A stretch of DNA of 64,000 nucleotides from Lama guanicoe (Eukaryota), in NCBI GenBank assembly GCA_013239625.1, contig MU054391.1:1827130-1891129 (forward strand). The letters run 5' to 3'. Below, piece after piece: positions 49,991 to 61,460 of this stretch. Position numbers and translations under genes: made by a program. The first letter of the stretch is position 1. Each line of letters begins with the position of its first letter. Below the pieces are notes generated by a model, which was not told the DNA's origin, did no database searches, and was given only the letters and a program-made list of their open reading frames with translations.

Positions 49991-51523
49991 ACCTGGAGAA
50001 TGCAGCATTATTATAATACGACTATCTAATGACATATTTCCCACTTAATCCAATAATGTCCTTTAAGGCTGACTTAGAAGAGTCCAGTTGAGATCAGGCA
50101 CTGCCCTTGGCATCACGTCCCTTCAGTCCCCTCTGATCCAGGCAGCTTGCCTTTCATGGTGGACATTCTGCAGAGTGGAGGCTGGCTGATCTGCATAATT
50201 CCCAACTTGCTATTTTGAGAAATTTTAATTTTTTATTTTGTAACGGATCCCACGATCTATGACTTAAGTCATGCCGCTGCTGGTGTTTCTTTAAGTGTCA
50301 GGAGAAGAAGCGCCTTGTCTCAGAGGAGCAGCACCAGCAGCTCCCCACTGCCCCCCACCCCCGGCGGAGGGACGTGGGAACACAGGTCCCCACGGCAGCT
50401 GGTGCAGGGGAGCGGCTGCGACACAGCCCTGGTGCCTCTTCCCAGGCTGCTGAAATGCCCCTCTGCCCCGGGACCGCTGCGCCATCAGACAGCACACACA
50501 CAGGGCCTTCAGCCCCACGCCCTGCTGCCCTGCGTCCTCACCGACACGCTGGTCCTTTCTCCACACTCGCGTGAAAAGCCACGGAGCCCAGGAGTGACCG
50601 TTTCCATGATAATACTATGTTTTCTTTATCTCCCCTTTTCCCCTTCTCGTTTTGTCACGGCTTGTCCTGTTTTGGAGACTGTTGGAGAGGAGCTTGCCTC
50701 CTTTTGCATTTTTATTTCTGCGTATGGTTAAAATTTCTTCATCTGGTTCCTTTAACTGGAGAGAGATGTACACACACACACACACACATATCTGTCTGTA
50801 CAGTTTTTCTGGGTGTGGGAAAATGGTTTTTCCTCTTACAGTTGCTTTTAGTTTGCATTTTCTTTGGCAAAGTGGAATTTTCTCATGTCTTCCTTTGAAG
50901 GCTGTTTAGCTTAACAGATGATGAATGGTGAAGCGATGGCTGGAATGGGTTATTTAGAGTGAAAACTAACCAGCAGGTTTAAATCACAGCCAGTCTCGTT
51001 GCGTCCCCGTTCTGAGCCAAGCAGCAGGCTACGACTCTCACGTTACCTCCAGTCCCCAGGCTCCAGGAGGCCCTGGCACTTCCCACAGATGCCACCTTCA
51101 GCGGCGGGTCGGGCTGGCCTTCTGGTCGGTGTGTTTGCTTCCGGGATTCATAACAACCAGCCCCTTCCCGAGGCGCGGAGGACCTCGGGTCAGCAAGTCC
51201 AAGGCACCGGGCTCCCTGCACAGTCACACTCGAGTCTAGGAAGATGCTCCTAGGACACGGGGACGGGGGTTCCTCGCTGGGCTCCGGGAATGCACTGGCT
51301 ACAGTCGTGAACCACATTTTACGTGCACATAGGTAATCCGTGGGTTTGCTCAGGAGCAGATACAGAGTTTTCCGAGGTTGGTAAAATGGACGGTGGGAGC
51401 TTGAAAAGATTAATGATAACTTCACTTGACGATACTGGGTTCTTAAACAGATTCAGTCAAGTTCATTGTATGCTGTACATGAAGGCAGGACAGTGAGCCA
51501 TACATTTAATGGGTGAAGCCAAG

Positions 51524-51688
51524 TATTTAAAAATTTTTTTTAATTAATGTTTTTGGGGTGGGGAGGTAATTAGGTTTATTTTTATTCATTTATTTACTTA
51601 TTTATTTTTTATGGAGGTCCTGGGGATTGAACCGAGGACCTTGTGCCTGCTAAACACACACTCTACCCCGAGCTATGCGCTTCCCGCC
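51524..51688 (-). mobile_element. tRNA-derived SINE (camelid vic-1-like), TSD AAGCCAAG
   Basis: ggaggtcctggggattgaaccgaggaccttgtgcctgctaaacacacactctaccccgagctat with an AT-rich tail. TSD at 51516-51523 and 51689-51696. Confidence 0.8.
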
Positions 51689-51734
51689 AAGCCAAGCAGT
51701 TTTTGTGGTGACCCTGTAATCAGAGTGACTCACC

Positions 51735-52255
51735 CTATCATCCATCCACAAACATTTATTTATTTTTAAAAAAGTTTTGTTTACCATATGTTTCTCTGAA
51801 ACATATTTATTTAAAGGCTGTGTTGAGCTTTTCTTGGGTCCCAGGCGCTGTGCTCAGCACTGAGGGTACCATGGGCTCTCCTCAGATGCACACCTGGTTG
51901 AGCGGGGTCAGAAGGCAGCAGTCGAATGAGGACCTTCATAGGTGCCCGGCTGCATCTGCGATTAATATGATGGAGTGAGATGAAGATGGCATAGGGTCAG
52001 CATGGTCAAGTAGGAAGGTCATGGAGGAAGCGACCTTCAAGTTGAGATCTGACAGAGTGGAGGAGTGAGCAGAGAGAATTCCTGACAGCAGGACTGGGGA
52101 TCAGTGTGCTGGAGGGACTGAAAACGCAAGGGATTTTGGTCTTTACCCTAAAAGCAATTAGGAGTGAGGGTCTAGTAGAGAAAGGAATGACACGTACATT
52201 CTGAAGTTTCCTCTGGTTGATTCTCTCTCTCTCTCTTTCTGTGTGTATGTGTGTA

Positions 52256-52286
<31 letters not shown>

Positions 52287-53000
52287 GTGTCTGTCTATAT
52301 CTAGATATGTATCTGTATTCAGTGTATGTACTGCAGTGTCTGGGTGATGGATGATGACAGGTTGGACCAGGGTGGTGGAAGGAAAAGCAGAGAAGTTGAT
52401 GAGTTATTTTAGGAAGTGGACCTGTGGGCCTTGGTGGTGAATGCATTTATGGCCCAAGGTAGGGGGAGGTATCTGGGCTGATGTCTCAGTTTCCGGTCTG
52501 CATGGGTGGACGATGCTGCCGCTGGGTGAGGCCTGGGAGACGGGGAGGGACCAGGTTGTGAGGAGGAGGGGAGGAGTCTGGTGCAGGGGGTGCTGGTCTC
52601 TGGGGTCCACGTCAAACAGTCCTCACTCGAGAGAGCGGGGCTCAGTTTCAGAGCAGAGTGAGCCCTTTGGGGGAGTGGATGTTTGAATTGCATGTGTGTC
52701 AGCTGTGTGGGTGGTGAGTGAAGGGGTCGATCTGGTCGGGAAGGCCAGGGAGAAAGCTCCGGGGGAGAAGAGATGTGGACCCAGGGCCAAGACGTCCACT
52801 GGGGGAGGCTGAGTCCTGGGGAGGCAGGAGGAGACTGGGCCATGGAGCCAAGGGAAGGGGGGCTTTACGGAGGGGGCAGTGCCGCCTGCTCACACACGAG
52901 GAGGAGTGAAACTTGACCTTGCGTTCAGCGACCAGAAGCCACTGGAGACGAACTGAGCAGGGGAGGAGTCAGGGGGACGCGAGGAAATGCTGACAGTTAG
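51735..53000 (-). mobile_element. L2 fragment(s) interrupted by a microsatellite
   Basis: catccatccacaaacatttatt…ccaggcgctgtgctcagcactgaggg…aagttgagatctga…ggatgtttgaattg, typical of the L2 3' region. Confidence 0.65.
52222..52300 (+). repeat. Compound microsatellite (TC)n/(TG)n/(TCTG)n/(TCTA)n
   Basis: Directly visible. Confidence 0.9.
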
Positions 53001-53512
53001 ACGTGGGAGAGCGGCCTGCCCGTGGGGACGAGGAGGGAGCCAGCCGGCAGGAGGGCCGCAAGTCTGAGACTTCTTGTGTTCCTTTTGTGGGTGGGAGACA
53101 CTCAGACGTTGATGGAGTCTTTTTGTTTTTAAGATAATGCTATTCAATATTTTACTGATTGAAATACTGGGTTGTAAATTGCATTAGATTTTCTATGATC
53201 AAACACACAATTAAGGCAGTTTTTCAACTGTCATTCAATAATTGAATACAGACAATAAAAATCTTCATTTTCAGGTTCTTAGAGTTGGAAAAATTCTTCA
53301 GAAATCTATATTCCAGCTCACGCACCATAGAAAGCTTTGGAAACATGAAGCTGGGTGTAAATAACGGAGAGAGAAGGGACAATTGGGTGTGGGTTTTACC
53401 TCCGCACAATTCTCAGTTTCTTGGTGGGATTTTTGAACATTGCTTCTTGGCAAAATTACTCCAGTGATTAAATGATGATGTTCACTTATGGATCTTGCTA
53501 ATACAATATCAT

Positions 53513-53913
53513 TTTTTAAGCACCTTTATTGTGGTAGGATTCCTCTGCAGTAAACTACACACATTCCAGATGTGCACTTTGATAGATGTGCAGAACCATG
53601 AAGCCACCACCACATCAAGACAGCTAACATTTCCATCCCTCCCCAAGAGGTGCGATTTTTGAACCCAGTTTATCCCTTCCCACCCCCTTTACCCACTGGT
53701 AACCATAAGTTTGTTCTCTGTGTCTGTGGGTATATTTCTGTTTTGTAGATGTTCGTTTGTGTCCTTTTTTTAAGATACCACATGTAAGTGATACCCTATG
53801 GCATTTTTCTTTCTCTTTCTGGCTTACTTCTCTTAGAATGACAATCTTCAGGTCCATCTATGTTGCTGTAAATGGCATTATTTTATTCCTTTTTTATGGC
53901 TGAGCAGTATTGC

Positions 53914-53949
<36 letters not shown>

Positions 53950-54183
53950 CACACCACATCTTTATTCAGTCCTCTGTTGATGGACATTTAGGTGGCTTCC
54001 ATGTCTTGGCTGTTGTAAACAGTGCTGCTGTGAACACTGGGGTGCAGCTGTCTTTTTGAAGTAGGGTTCCCTCTGGATTTATGCCCAGTGGGACTGCAGG
54101 ATCAGATGGTAAGTCCATTTGTAGTGTTTTTGAGGAATCTCTGTACTGCTTTCCATAAAAGCTATACCAAACTACATTCCCAC
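53513..54183 (-). mobile_element. Composite L1 3' fragments (old ~53513-53650; younger ~53660-54183) containing (TG)15 at 53917-53946
   Basis: ORF 53624..53857 MDLKIVILREVSQKEKEKCH is L1 ORF2 C-terminus-like; ggtaaccataagtttg motif. Confidence 0.85.
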
Positions 54184-54185
54184 CT

Positions 54186-54460
54186 TTCCTCTGAAGCCTC
54201 TGCCTCGGCCTGTGGGTTGCAGCCTCCCCCTGTCTTCACGTGGCCTTCCTGCCGTCTGAGTACTAACCTCCGCGTCTTGTAAGCACACAGCTGTACTGGA
54301 TCAGAGTCCGCCCTCACAGCCCCTTCTGCACTTAATCACCTCTTTAAAGGTCCCATCTCCAAATGCACTCACGTTCTGATGAGATCGACTTTCTCATGTT
54401 CTGATGAGATCGACCTTCAAGTATCAGTTTGGGGTGGGAGTCACAGTTCAGCCCATAACA
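54186..54460 (-). mobile_element. MLT1A/B-like LTR fragment
   Basis: ctgtcttcacgtggcc…cttaatcacctctttaaaggtcccatctccaaatgca…cacagttcagcccataACA. Confidence 0.75.
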
Positions 54461-54582
54461 GTCACTCCAGGGAAGAGGCATGGCTTGGAGGCGGCCTTCA
54501 GGCAGTTTTCTTTTTAAGAGTTTCTCACTTTTGCTTGTGGTGGGGGTGAGGGATAGGTAATTAACCCACCCCCAAGCCATGT

Positions 54583-54708
54583 ACACACACCCACGCACAC
54601 CCACACACACCCACACACCCCTACACACCCACACACCTACACACACCCACACACCTACACACACTTACTCTTACACACACACACACACTCACACACCCAC
54701 TCACACGC
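54583..54708 (+). repeat. CA-rich degenerate simple repeat
   Basis: Directly visible (CACACC/CACA units). Confidence 0.9.
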
Positions 54709-55594
54709 AAGATCCCTCAGCCGGTGACTCTTCAGAGATCTCCGTCCAAAGAGGGCCACCTCTCTGTCCTTGCCTTTTCCTCTACATCCTTCCGAAGCCC
54801 TCGGGCACTCACAGGCTAAGAGGGGAAACGTCCACAGTGCTCACCCTCCTCCTGGAGGTGAGGTGCCGTCTTAGAGGGGCTTCTGAAGAGGAAAGTTAAG
54901 TTGGGCAGTTAAGCAAATGTCACAGTAACTGCATCGGAACAGGAGGCAGACCTGAGCCACCGCCAGCTATCACGCCCCAGGCTGATCCGTCTTGTCTGAT
55001 CACATTTCCATGTTGCCGTGGCCGCCGTGTCTCGTAAGGCGCCAAGGCTACAGGCTGATTTACAGGGACCAATGGAACGGACCAGGAGGGCTCAGAGGAA
55101 CTGTTTTGCTCCACTGGACCCATATTACACATTAAAAAAAAGATCTGAGCCTCCACTACACATGACAGACGACAGTAATTTCAAGAGCGCTGTTACAGCC
55201 AGGCTATCAGGCAGCTAATACGCATTGTAAAAGTTTTCCAAATAGGTGCTCTGATGACAGATGCTACCTGACAGGTGAATAATCTCCGTTATGAAAGCCC
55301 TTAAATGCACTGCATCAATCCGATGTTGGTTCTCTAGCTTCCTGGAGCCAGCCGCGGGCGCATCGCGATCCCTCTGTGTTGGAGAAATGGCGCAGCTCAC
55401 GCCTTGTCAGGGCTGAGGGCAGGGGCCTGTGGTGTGTTATGCGCTGGTTTACGACTCGGCCCCTCCAAACAAGCACCCGTCCTCCTCTGCCCTCTGATCC
55501 TGACGGGAGCCTTCTCTGCACCACGAGCACACACGTGCCCGTTGTCCGCCAGCCGACGGCCCTACGGGACTTCTCCTGCACGTCCCCAGTCACG

Positions 55595-55895
55595 CTCCCC
55601 TTGCTGCTTCGAATAGCTTCTCTGTGTCCTTTTTTTGCCGTTGTGATTACAGCGCACCTTGGTGTGGTCCTCGCTGGGTTGCCCGTGTCTGGGACTCCGC
55701 TACGTCTGGACCTGGAAGTCTGTTTCCTTTCCCGGGTCAGGAGGGTTTTCAGTTATTACGTCTTCAAGTGCGTTCTTCTGCTCCCCCTTTCTGGGGCCCC
55801 TGCAAGGGGATGTTAATGCATGTGGTGTCCTAGAGGCCTCTTAAACTGTCCGCACTGAAAAATTCCTTTTCCTTTTTTCTGTTTAGCTTGGGTGA
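55595..55895 (-). mobile_element. L1 ORF1-region fragment
   Basis: ttggtgtggtcctc…tgggactc…ctggacctggaagtctgtttcctttccc…ttttcagttatta…cttaaactgtcc, antisense L1 ORF1 text. Confidence 0.7.
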
Positions 55896-56074
55896 TCAGA
55901 GGGTTATTGGCAGGGTGGTCAACCCCACTGTGAGTCCTAGGGTAGAAGACAGAGGTGGTGGCAGGTGGCCAGGCTGATGGGGACATGCAGAGAGGAGAAG
56001 CCACCTGAAGGAAACGCAAGGATCCTGAAGACAAATGGACACGGTTAGTGATACTGGGGTTGCTTAAGACGTAA

Positions 56075-56175
56075 CATTCACCTAACAAGATTTTTGAGCA
56101 ATTATCATGCCTCAGACACTGTTCTAGGCACTTGGAACAACATGAATAAAACCCTCACCTCATGGACTCACATTC
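56075..56175 (-). mobile_element. L2 3' end fragment
   Basis: ttgagcaattatcatgcctcagacactgttctaggcacttgga…ccctcacctcatggactcacattc. Confidence 0.65.
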
Positions 56176-57556
56176 CCTCATCTCACCACAACTGAAGGTG
56201 TATGTGAAACACTGTAGCATTTCTGCTCCTCTTGATTGCTTAGAGAGTCGAGACGATCCTTGTGGCTGGTGCCCCACCTGGACAGAGGAGGGGCATCCTC
56301 ACCCTGGCCAGTCTCCCCGCTCCCGTGGCCTGCACTGGTGTAAGAAGCAGAGCAAGGCCGGTGAGGTTGGCTTTGCCCACTTGTAGAATTATCGGCTTTG
56401 GGGACGTGCTGCCCAGAAATGGGTGACAGTCTCCAAATTGCTTGTTTGCTTTTCTTGTTGTAAGCCTCCAGCCAAGACTTCCATTTAGGGTGAAAAATGC
56501 TTTTCTGGGGTGTGCTCTGAATCGCTGAATTTCGAGCACAGATTCCCTGATATGCCTGTGACCGTAGGAGCTGGAGGGGGCAGCACCCACTTGGGGGTGG
56601 CTGGTAAACAATTTACGAGTGATGGTTACACACTGAGCCCCAAGATGCAGGCTGACGTTTAAGCAGACGATGGGGTCCGAGCGCAGGCGCTCACTGGAGT
56701 CAGATGTACATCGTTTGTTATTTCCAGCTCTTTGCTCTTTGTCGCTCGTAGTCCAGCCCTAAAAGCCTAAACCCGCAGATCCAGAAACGTGGAGCTCTTG
56801 CAGGCGAGCCGTGTGGCGGGTCGCACCGAAATGTCTGGAAACAGGGTGACCGTGGGGTGAGCGAGCGCTGCCTAAGTGAGCTTCTGGTGGAGGAGGCGGC
56901 GTTTCAGCCGGCGTTGTCTCTAGGGGGTGCCGCGTTCCCTGGGCAGAGGCGAGACAGGGCAGCTCTGGGACGACACCCCTGCCCCAGAGGCTCAGGTGCG
57001 CCCAGAGCTGGGCTCAGCATCGCAGAGGCCCGGCTGTGTCAGAGCCGCCCACCCACCACATGGGAGCAGCGAGAGGCAGCCACGGGGCGGGGTGTGGGGA
57101 CTAGGGCACTCGAGTGGACCCCCGCGGACACAGGGAGTTGCTCAGTAGGTGATGGCTCTTTTAATTGATCATAGTTGTTATATCTCAAGCTAAACAATTG
57201 GGATAAATAATGCTAATTCAATTCAGCAACAGTGTGGCATTAATGCATGTTGCAGTAAGACCCTGGGGCTGACAGGGGGCTGAGTCACAGTTGTGGGGAA
57301 GGGGTTATGTCCACAGACGGCGCGTGGCAGTCACGGCCGGACGGCTCTGATGTTCGCCCCCTGCTTCCTGCTGTTGGGATAGTCCTGAGTTTCACTCGGA
57401 AACCAGGTACCAGCTGACGACCACCCTTCCAGCCTCCCGTGGAACCAGGTTTGCCGACGGTCTGAGCTCTGGCCGGTGGGACTCAAGGACAGGGGTGGCC
57501 CTTGGAGACACTGAGCGCATCATCCTCCCTGATGGACTGGGAAATGTTGGTGTGCT

Positions 57557-58161
57557 TTTCTTTTCATTTTCATATTCTTTTTTCATTTTAGGTTACTGCA
57601 AGGTATTGAATACAGTTCCCTGGGCTACACAGAAGAAACTTGTTTATCTATTTTATATATATTAGTTAGTATCTGAAAATCTCGAACTCCCAGTTTACCC
57701 CTTCCCTTCTTCATCCCCCCTGGTAACCGTAAGTTTGTTTCCTATGTCTGTGAGTCTGCTTCTGTTTTGTAAATAAGTTCATTTGTGTTTTTTTCCCCCC
57801 ACATATGAGTGATGTCATGTGGTATTTTTCTTTCTCTTTCTGGCTTATTTCATTTAGCATGATGATCTCCAGGTCTATCCATGTTGCTGCAGATGGCATT
57901 CTTTTATTTCTTATGGCTGAGTAGCATTCCATTGCATAAATATACCACAACTTCTTTATCCAGTCATCTGTTGATGGACATTTAGGTTGCTTCCATGTCT
58001 TGGCTACTGTAAATACTTCTGCTATGAACACTGAAGTGCATGTGTCTTTTTGAATTAGAGCTCCCTCCAGATATGTGCCCGGAAGTGGGACTGCTGGATC
58101 ATATGATAGGCCTATCTTTAGTTTTTTGAGGAACCTCCGTGCTGTTGTCCATAATGGCTGC
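57557..58161 (-). mobile_element. Lineage L1 fragment with ORF2 C-terminus, TSD ATG(T/C)TGGTGTGCT
   Basis: ORF 57711..58163 (QPLW…FLKKLKI…YDPAVPL…KTWKQPKCPSTDDWIKKLWYIY) is L1 ORF2p C-terminal. TSD at 57544-57556 and 58162-58174 (12/13 match). Confidence 0.92.
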
Positions 58162-59819
58162 ATGCTGGTGTGCTCTGTTTAGGCCATTTGACCATTTACT
58201 TCACAGTGAGAAATGCACGAACACATTTTCCTGCTGGTGTCAGCAGCAAGGTAATGTCCTTGCCCAGGAGTCGTCTCCCAAAGCAGGCGTGCTCATGCTT
58301 ACCTGGGGGGTTGGCGCTGTGCCTGTCCTGTGATGGTTCAGGTGGCCTTCCTGGCAGGTGTGAGGGGGCACCGACTGACCCACCCTCCAGCCTCGGCATT
58401 TTGGTTACAACCTCAAGGACTTTGGAAACGGCTTCTCGGGCTTCGTGGACGCCCTCGGTTAGGAGAAGAGATCGCTTTCCCCTTTCTGTACGAGGCCGAC
58501 CCTGCGTGCGCCCTGACCCTGTGTGGGCCCCGACCCCATGAGCTGTATGTTGTCAACCCCAGGCTGCAGTCACTGTGCGCTGTTTCACTCTGGGGGCAAC
58601 TGCTGGTCGCCTGGACCACAGTCTGGGTTGGTTCTGCAGTTTCACTAAGAAGGGGCTGGAGATGCTCAGAGCCTCCCCTGTTTCTCCACATGGGAGCTGG
58701 ATTCAAGAGAGGTTTCACAACAGAGGTTGTCATGACGCTGGTCCAGTCTGCAGATTGACAGTGAGGTGGAGATGAGCATGGGGAGTGTGGGGAGGTGGGC
58801 TGTGCATCGCGTGGACCAGCGTCAGCCCAGCGAGGTGGGCGTTCACTTCATCCTCCAGAGAGCATCGCATGTGGCGCCTCAGGGAACTTTCAGATCAGCT
58901 TGTCCAGTTCTCAGAACCAGAAACTGAGGTCTGCGTCCAGGAAGTAGCTGGGCCATCTTAGCAGCAAAGCCGACTGCAACCTCCGAAAAATTTCCAGCCC
59001 TAATCCAGTCATTCCCCCACCGTAAGTCAGTTCGAGTTTTTCAACGGAATATTGGCCCTGATGGTAGGCGTATCTTTAAAAATCTCTGTCAGTTGGCATC
59101 TTTTATGTTACTTTTTATATTATTTCCTCTCATTGACTTGTGCATGAGGTCTAAAAATAAAATATTATTAAAGTACTAATAAATATAAGTAAGACTATAT
59201 TAAAAAAAGATCATTTCCTTTCCGCCTCTCTTGTGAACATGGGGTTGGGACCCACGTGATACTCACTGAAGTACTGCTATTCATGTTGCTATAGTAAAAC
59301 GAGGCTTTTAGTTTATAGATGTGTAAAATATTTCTCTTATTTTCCCCCTGGAGTCCTTCTCTCTCCTTATTCATTCACAGTGTAAACTTCCTTATCTGAG
59401 AATCTGTTAATCTCCTCAAATGAGCGAATTGGGTTGAAAGCACAGATTTATTTAAATGACTGTATGTCAGTACTGCTGCATTTTGAAAATGTGAAATGCT
59501 TTTTAAGGTGTTAGTTCATCACGTGGCATGCTCCGTTACAAACAAGCACTGCAAAGGAAATTGGCTGTTCCTGCAGCGAGAAGCCCGATTTGGTTGCAGG
59601 TGTTCTGCCATTTCTTTCCTGTCAGCATGCAGGTGTGGGGGCCATTCTAGGACCACGAGACGGCTCTCTGTCTCTCTTCCTAAAGTCTCTACATGTTAGA
59701 GAACAGGTTCACCCAGCAGGTTTATGTTCTAAGCAGATGGCAACTGAATTTACAGAAAACTTTTGTTTTCTCCATGAAGTTACAGAGCCCTGTTATTACT
59801 GGATAATCAGAAAAGGCCT

Positions 59820-60050
59820 TACAGAACGAACGCATTTGTCTATTTTATGTACAGTGGTCGGTATCCGCGTATCTTGGTCTGATTTATCCCTCCCCCCCCA
59901 TAACTATAGTCAGTATCTTGCTGTAACCTAGAGTGAAAAAGAATATGAAAACGAATGTATGTATGTGTATGTGTCACTGAAACATTGTGCTGCACACCAG
60001 AAATTGACACAACAGCGTAAACTGACTATACCTCAATAATAATAAAAAAA
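59820..60050 (+). mobile_element. Short L1 3' end with inverted 5' part
   Basis: 59902-60050 is a sense L1 3' terminus with A tail; 59820-59900 is the adjacent upstream L1 segment in antisense. Confidence 0.75.
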
Positions 60051-60075
60051 GGGGCACCACAGGGCTTCCCTCTTT

Positions 60076-60136
60076 TTTCTTTAATTTTTTAAAACATTTT
60101 TTATTGGGCTATAGTCATTCTACCATGTTGTGTCAA
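60076..60136 (-). mobile_element. Extremely truncated L1 (~35 bp plus tail) with 17-bp TSD
   Basis: TSD acagggct(t/c)ccctcttt at 60059-60075 and 60137-60153; the body ttattgggctatagtcattctaccatgttgtgtcaa is the L1 terminus. Confidence 0.8.
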
Positions 60137-60169
60137 ACAGGGCTCCCCTCTTTAATGTCCCTGCTCTGT

Positions 60170-61290
60170 TCTGGCGTCGGGCGACCTGCACGTCCCAGCA
60201 GCCTGGGTGCATCGCGAGAACACAGCAGACGCTTCTCTCCGCTTCCTGCTCTCGGGGCAGCCGCTCGCGCGAACGGCACAGCCGCCGCCGTTGAGCGCTT
60301 TGGGCCGCGGTCCCGGCGCCGCCGCGGTCCCTCCGGGCAGGGCTGCCGCCTGCGCTGCGGCTGGNNNNNNNNNNNNNNNNNNNNNNNNNNNNGGAACGGC
60401 CGGGCGCCCTCCTCCGGCTGCGGCCCCGCCGGCGCGTCGCTCCTCTGGGCGAGAGGGGAGTTTGGACAGGGCCGCTGCGGGCGGGCCGGAGGACCGCGAG
60501 GAGCGGAGCAAAGGCCTCCGGCCCGCTGCCCGTGCGTCCGGACAGTGGGCCCCGCGCGGGGCGGCTCTCGGCGGGGGCCGGGCGCGGCAGCCCCCCGGGT
60601 GCCCCTGACTGAACAGGACAAGCCAGCTGGAGCCCCGGCGTGACGCGCGACAGGAGGACTGCAGCGGCGTTTCCGCTCTGGCGCTCGAACGTCTTGGTCA
60701 GGTCGAAATGAACGCAAACCCGGAAGGCGGGAACGAGGGCGCGCGAGGGTTCCACGGAGCCCCGCGGGGAGCGCCGCGGCTCCGGGCCCAGGCTGCTTGC
60801 CGCCCCTTGACCCGGCCCGGGGCCGCCGTCACTGCCGTTCCGGGACGGCTCCCGGCCCCGCAGCCCGCGGGCTCTGCCCCTCGCGTGCCCGCGAGACGGA
60901 GACCTCAGCGCAGAGCACGGCCCGTCGGCACCCGGCCACGACGCGGCGGCGCCTGAGTAGCAGCCGCCGGGAGCCCGCGTCGTTCGCTCTCCCGCTGGGA
61001 GCCGTTCCCACCTCCGCCTCCGTTTCTGCACATCCGCCTCGTCCTCCCGGGCGCTGGAGCACAAGCCCGTCGTCAGATTCGGGCCCTGCCGCTTCGGCAT
61101 CAGCCCTGCACGCCCCAGGGCCTGGCCCCAAAGGCGGCAGAGCTGCCTCCCCTCGGGGCGGGCGGGCCAGGGCAGCGCCTTCAGCGCCGGCCACGGGGTG
61201 TCTTACGGCGCTTTTCCGTTTTTCGAAGCGCGAGACGGTTTCAGCACTGAGGGCCTCCGCCAGCCCCATCCCGGAGGACACCACAACCGC
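60170..61290. promoter_or_regulatory. CpG island (assembly gap of 28 N at 60365-60392)
   Basis: Over 1 kb of very high GC with dense CpG (CGCG, GCGC, CCGG, GGGCGG); no credible CDS. Confidence 0.85.
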
Positions 61291-61299
61291 TCCCTGCGC

Positions 61300-61460
61300 T
61301 GTCCTCTGACCCCCTGGGCCTCCTTCCCTCATCTGAAAAGTGGAGCTATTGATACCTCCCTGTCGGCCTCGTAGGTTTCAGGGAGAACGTGAGACGAGCA
61401 GGGAAGAAGGACCTTCCTGAAGTGCAGGGGCCGTACAAACGTGAGGCGCTGCTGTTGCTT
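61300..61460 (+). mobile_element. MIR remnant
   Basis: ctgggcctccttccctcatctgaaaagtggag…aaacgtgagg. Confidence 0.55.

Noticed and set aside
60104..61332. Long Arg/Ala/Pro/Gly-rich ORFs on both strands
   Set aside because: Expected from stop-codon scarcity in a CpG island. Several cross an N gap and none has a recognisable domain.
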